64,000 nucleotides of DNA from an uncultured Acidobacteriota bacterium (GTDB lineage Bacteria > Acidobacteriota > Thermoanaerobaculia > Multivoradales > UBA5704): assembly GCA_963770895.1 (NCBI GenBank), contig CAVYRF010000001.1, positions 320,001 through 384,000 of the forward strand, read 5' to 3'. Made by a program: the position numbers and the translations under genes. The number at the start of each line of letters is the position of its first letter. Position 1 is the first letter of the stretch. Below, piece by piece: positions 60,644 through 64,000 of the stretch. Below the pieces are notes generated by a model that was given only the letters and a program-made list of their open reading frames with translations, was not told where the DNA came from and made no database searches.

Positions 60644-60776
60644 GAACAGGCATGAGCGGATCCTCGGCCGCCGGCTGGCGAAACGTCTGACGGCCGAAGA
60701 GCTCCGGCAGGCGGGCGCCGCGGCCACGGCCTTCAGCTACTGCTGGCCGCTCAACATCGACGACGTCATATCGTGA
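60630..60776 (+). CDS. 48-aa putative RiPP (graspetide-like) precursor peptide
   Basis: AAAGGAGG RBS; MKKSENRHERILGRRLAKRLTAEELRQAGAAATAFSYCWPLNIDDVIS; overlaps the ATP-grasp stop. Confidence 0.8.
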   Translation: MKKSENRHERILGRRLAKRLTAEELRQAGAAATAFSYCWPLNIDDVIS

Positions 60777-60876
60777 CCGCCCGCGGCCCGCTGGACGGGC
60801 CTGCGGATGACCTGGCCAACGTCTCCGATCCCCGGCCCTCCCGGCAGCTGGGCGGGCCGGGCAGGTCGGTTAGGGT

Positions 60877-61974
60877 TCAGACGGCGAAGCCTTCGAAGAC
60901 GCTCATTGGGCCGGGGGTGGGGACGGCGCGCTGGAGGCGGAAGCCGGCGTGCTGGAAGAGGCGGGTGAATTCGGCGTGGCCGCGCTCGCGGCCGCCGCTG
61001 CAGATGACCATCATCTGGAGGTCGGAGAGGGGGCCCATTTCGCGGGTGGTGTCTTCTTCGACCAGGGCTTCGACGACCAGGAGGCGGTTGCCGGGTTGCA
61101 TGGCGCGGCGGCAGTTGCCGAGGATGCGGACGGCGCGGTCGTCGTCCCAGTCGTGGAGGATGTTCTTGAGCAGGTAGGCGTCGCAGCCGGCTGGGACGTC
61201 TTCGAAAAAGCTGCCGGCGACCAGTTGGACGCGTTCGAGGACGCCGCGCGAGGCGAGGAAGGGGCGGGCGGTGGCGAGGACGCCGGGGCTGTCGAAGAGC
61301 ACGGCGTCCAGGTGGGTGTGGCGCAGCAGGACCTCGGCGAGCAGGTCGCCGTGGCCGCCGCCGACGTCGCACAGGCGGCGCACCTGGTCCCAGCCGGAGT
61401 AGGCGTGGGCGACGCCGGGGGCGAAGAGGCGGGTGATGCCGACCATGGTGCCGGCAAAGGCTTCGCACTCTTCGGCGTGGCGGTCGAACCATTCCCAGGT
61501 GGTCATGCCGTGGACGCGCTCGAAGGCGTTGTCGCCGGTGGCCAGGGTCTGCTCGAAGTCGCTCCAGGCGAGCTGCTGCGCCGCCGAGCCGAAGTAGAGG
61601 GCGCAGTCGCGCAGCGAGATGGGCGCGCCGGCGCGCAGGACCTGCGAGGCGCGGTTGTTGCGGAAGCGGCCGTCGGGCTGGCGGACGAAGACGCCGACGG
61701 TGACCAGGCCGCGCAGGGTGCGGCGCAGGCTTTCGGCGCCGACGCCGGCGCGCGCCGCCAGCTCTTCGGCGGTGAGCGGGCCGTCGGCCAGCAGGTCGGC
61801 CAGGCGCAGGCGCGCCGCGGCGCGCAGCAGGTGGGTCTGCATGAAGCTGCCGATCTGCTCGAACAGCGCCAGCGGCGCCGGCACCACGGCGTCGCTCGCG
61901 GCGCGCAACAGCCGGCGCAGCCGCAGGGCGGCGGTGACCTGCCAGCGGCGCGGCGGCGCCGGTGGCTGCTTCAC
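60877..61974 (-). CDS. SAM-dependent O-methyltransferase (dimerisation domain + Methyltransf_2)
   Basis: LADLLADGPLT.EELA, CDVGGGHG, VAGSFF, YLLKNILHDWDD, GGRER. Confidence 0.92.
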   Translation of the reverse strand: MKQPPAPPRRWQVTAALRLRRLLRAASDAVVPAPLALFEQIGSFMQTHLLRAAARLRLADLLADGPLTAEELAARAGVGAESLRRTLRGLVTVGVFVRQPDGRFRNNRASQVLRAGAPISLRDCALYFGSAAQQLAWSDFEQTLATGDNAFERVHGMTTWEWFDRHAEECEAFAGTMVGITRLFAPGVAHAYSGWDQVRRLCDVGGGHGDLLAEVLLRHTHLDAVLFDSPGVLATARPFLASRGVLERVQLVAGSFFEDVPAGCDAYLLKNILHDWDDDRAVRILGNCRRAMQPGNRLLVVEALVEEDTTREMGPLSDLQMMVICSGGRERGHAEFTRLFQHAGFRLQRAVPTPGPMSVFEGFAV

Positions 61975-61987
61975 GCGGGCACCCGCG

Positions 61988-64000
<2,013 letters not shown>

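Noticed and set aside
60877-61974. O-methyltransferase as graspetide tailoring enzyme
   Set aside because: Convergent, apparently co-transcribed with clpB, and of the small-molecule dimerising type rather than the PIMT-like type known from graspetide clusters

Overview
High-GC bacterial chromosomal window. The duplicated orphan ABC permease and general gene content suggest Acidobacteriota (inference only). Housekeeping and transport genes: FKBP, tag, two M28 peptidases, porin-DUF485-actP, two ABC systems, peroxiredoxin, ornithine cyclodeaminase-like, O-methyltransferase and clpB. These are interleaved with accessory blocks: (i) 10.9-19.4 kb: a decayed ATPase+HNH (Septu-like) pair, two toxin-antitoxin pairs, AraC/SDR and an arsR-arsM-arsC-aquaporin locus, with three copies of a ~60-bp bulged palindrome at module boundaries; (ii) a lipoprotein EndoU nuclease followed by a YacL-like gene; (iii) a four-gene tyrosinase - LodA/GoxA-like CTQ oxidase - small protein - LodB-like flavoprotein operon; (iv) an intact ATPase+HNH pair; (v) an MMPL / AraC / secreted protein / orphan permease / VOC / DUF418 / double-peptidase module; (vi) a type I R-M system with an Abi_C gene between hsdS and hsdR; (vii) an ATP-grasp ligase gene broken by a CTAG duplication, directly followed by a 48-aa RiPP (graspetide-like) precursor that the ORF track misses. 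No rRNA, tRNA, CRISPR array, integrase or transposase was recognised. All family assignments come from motif recognition by eye, not from database searches.
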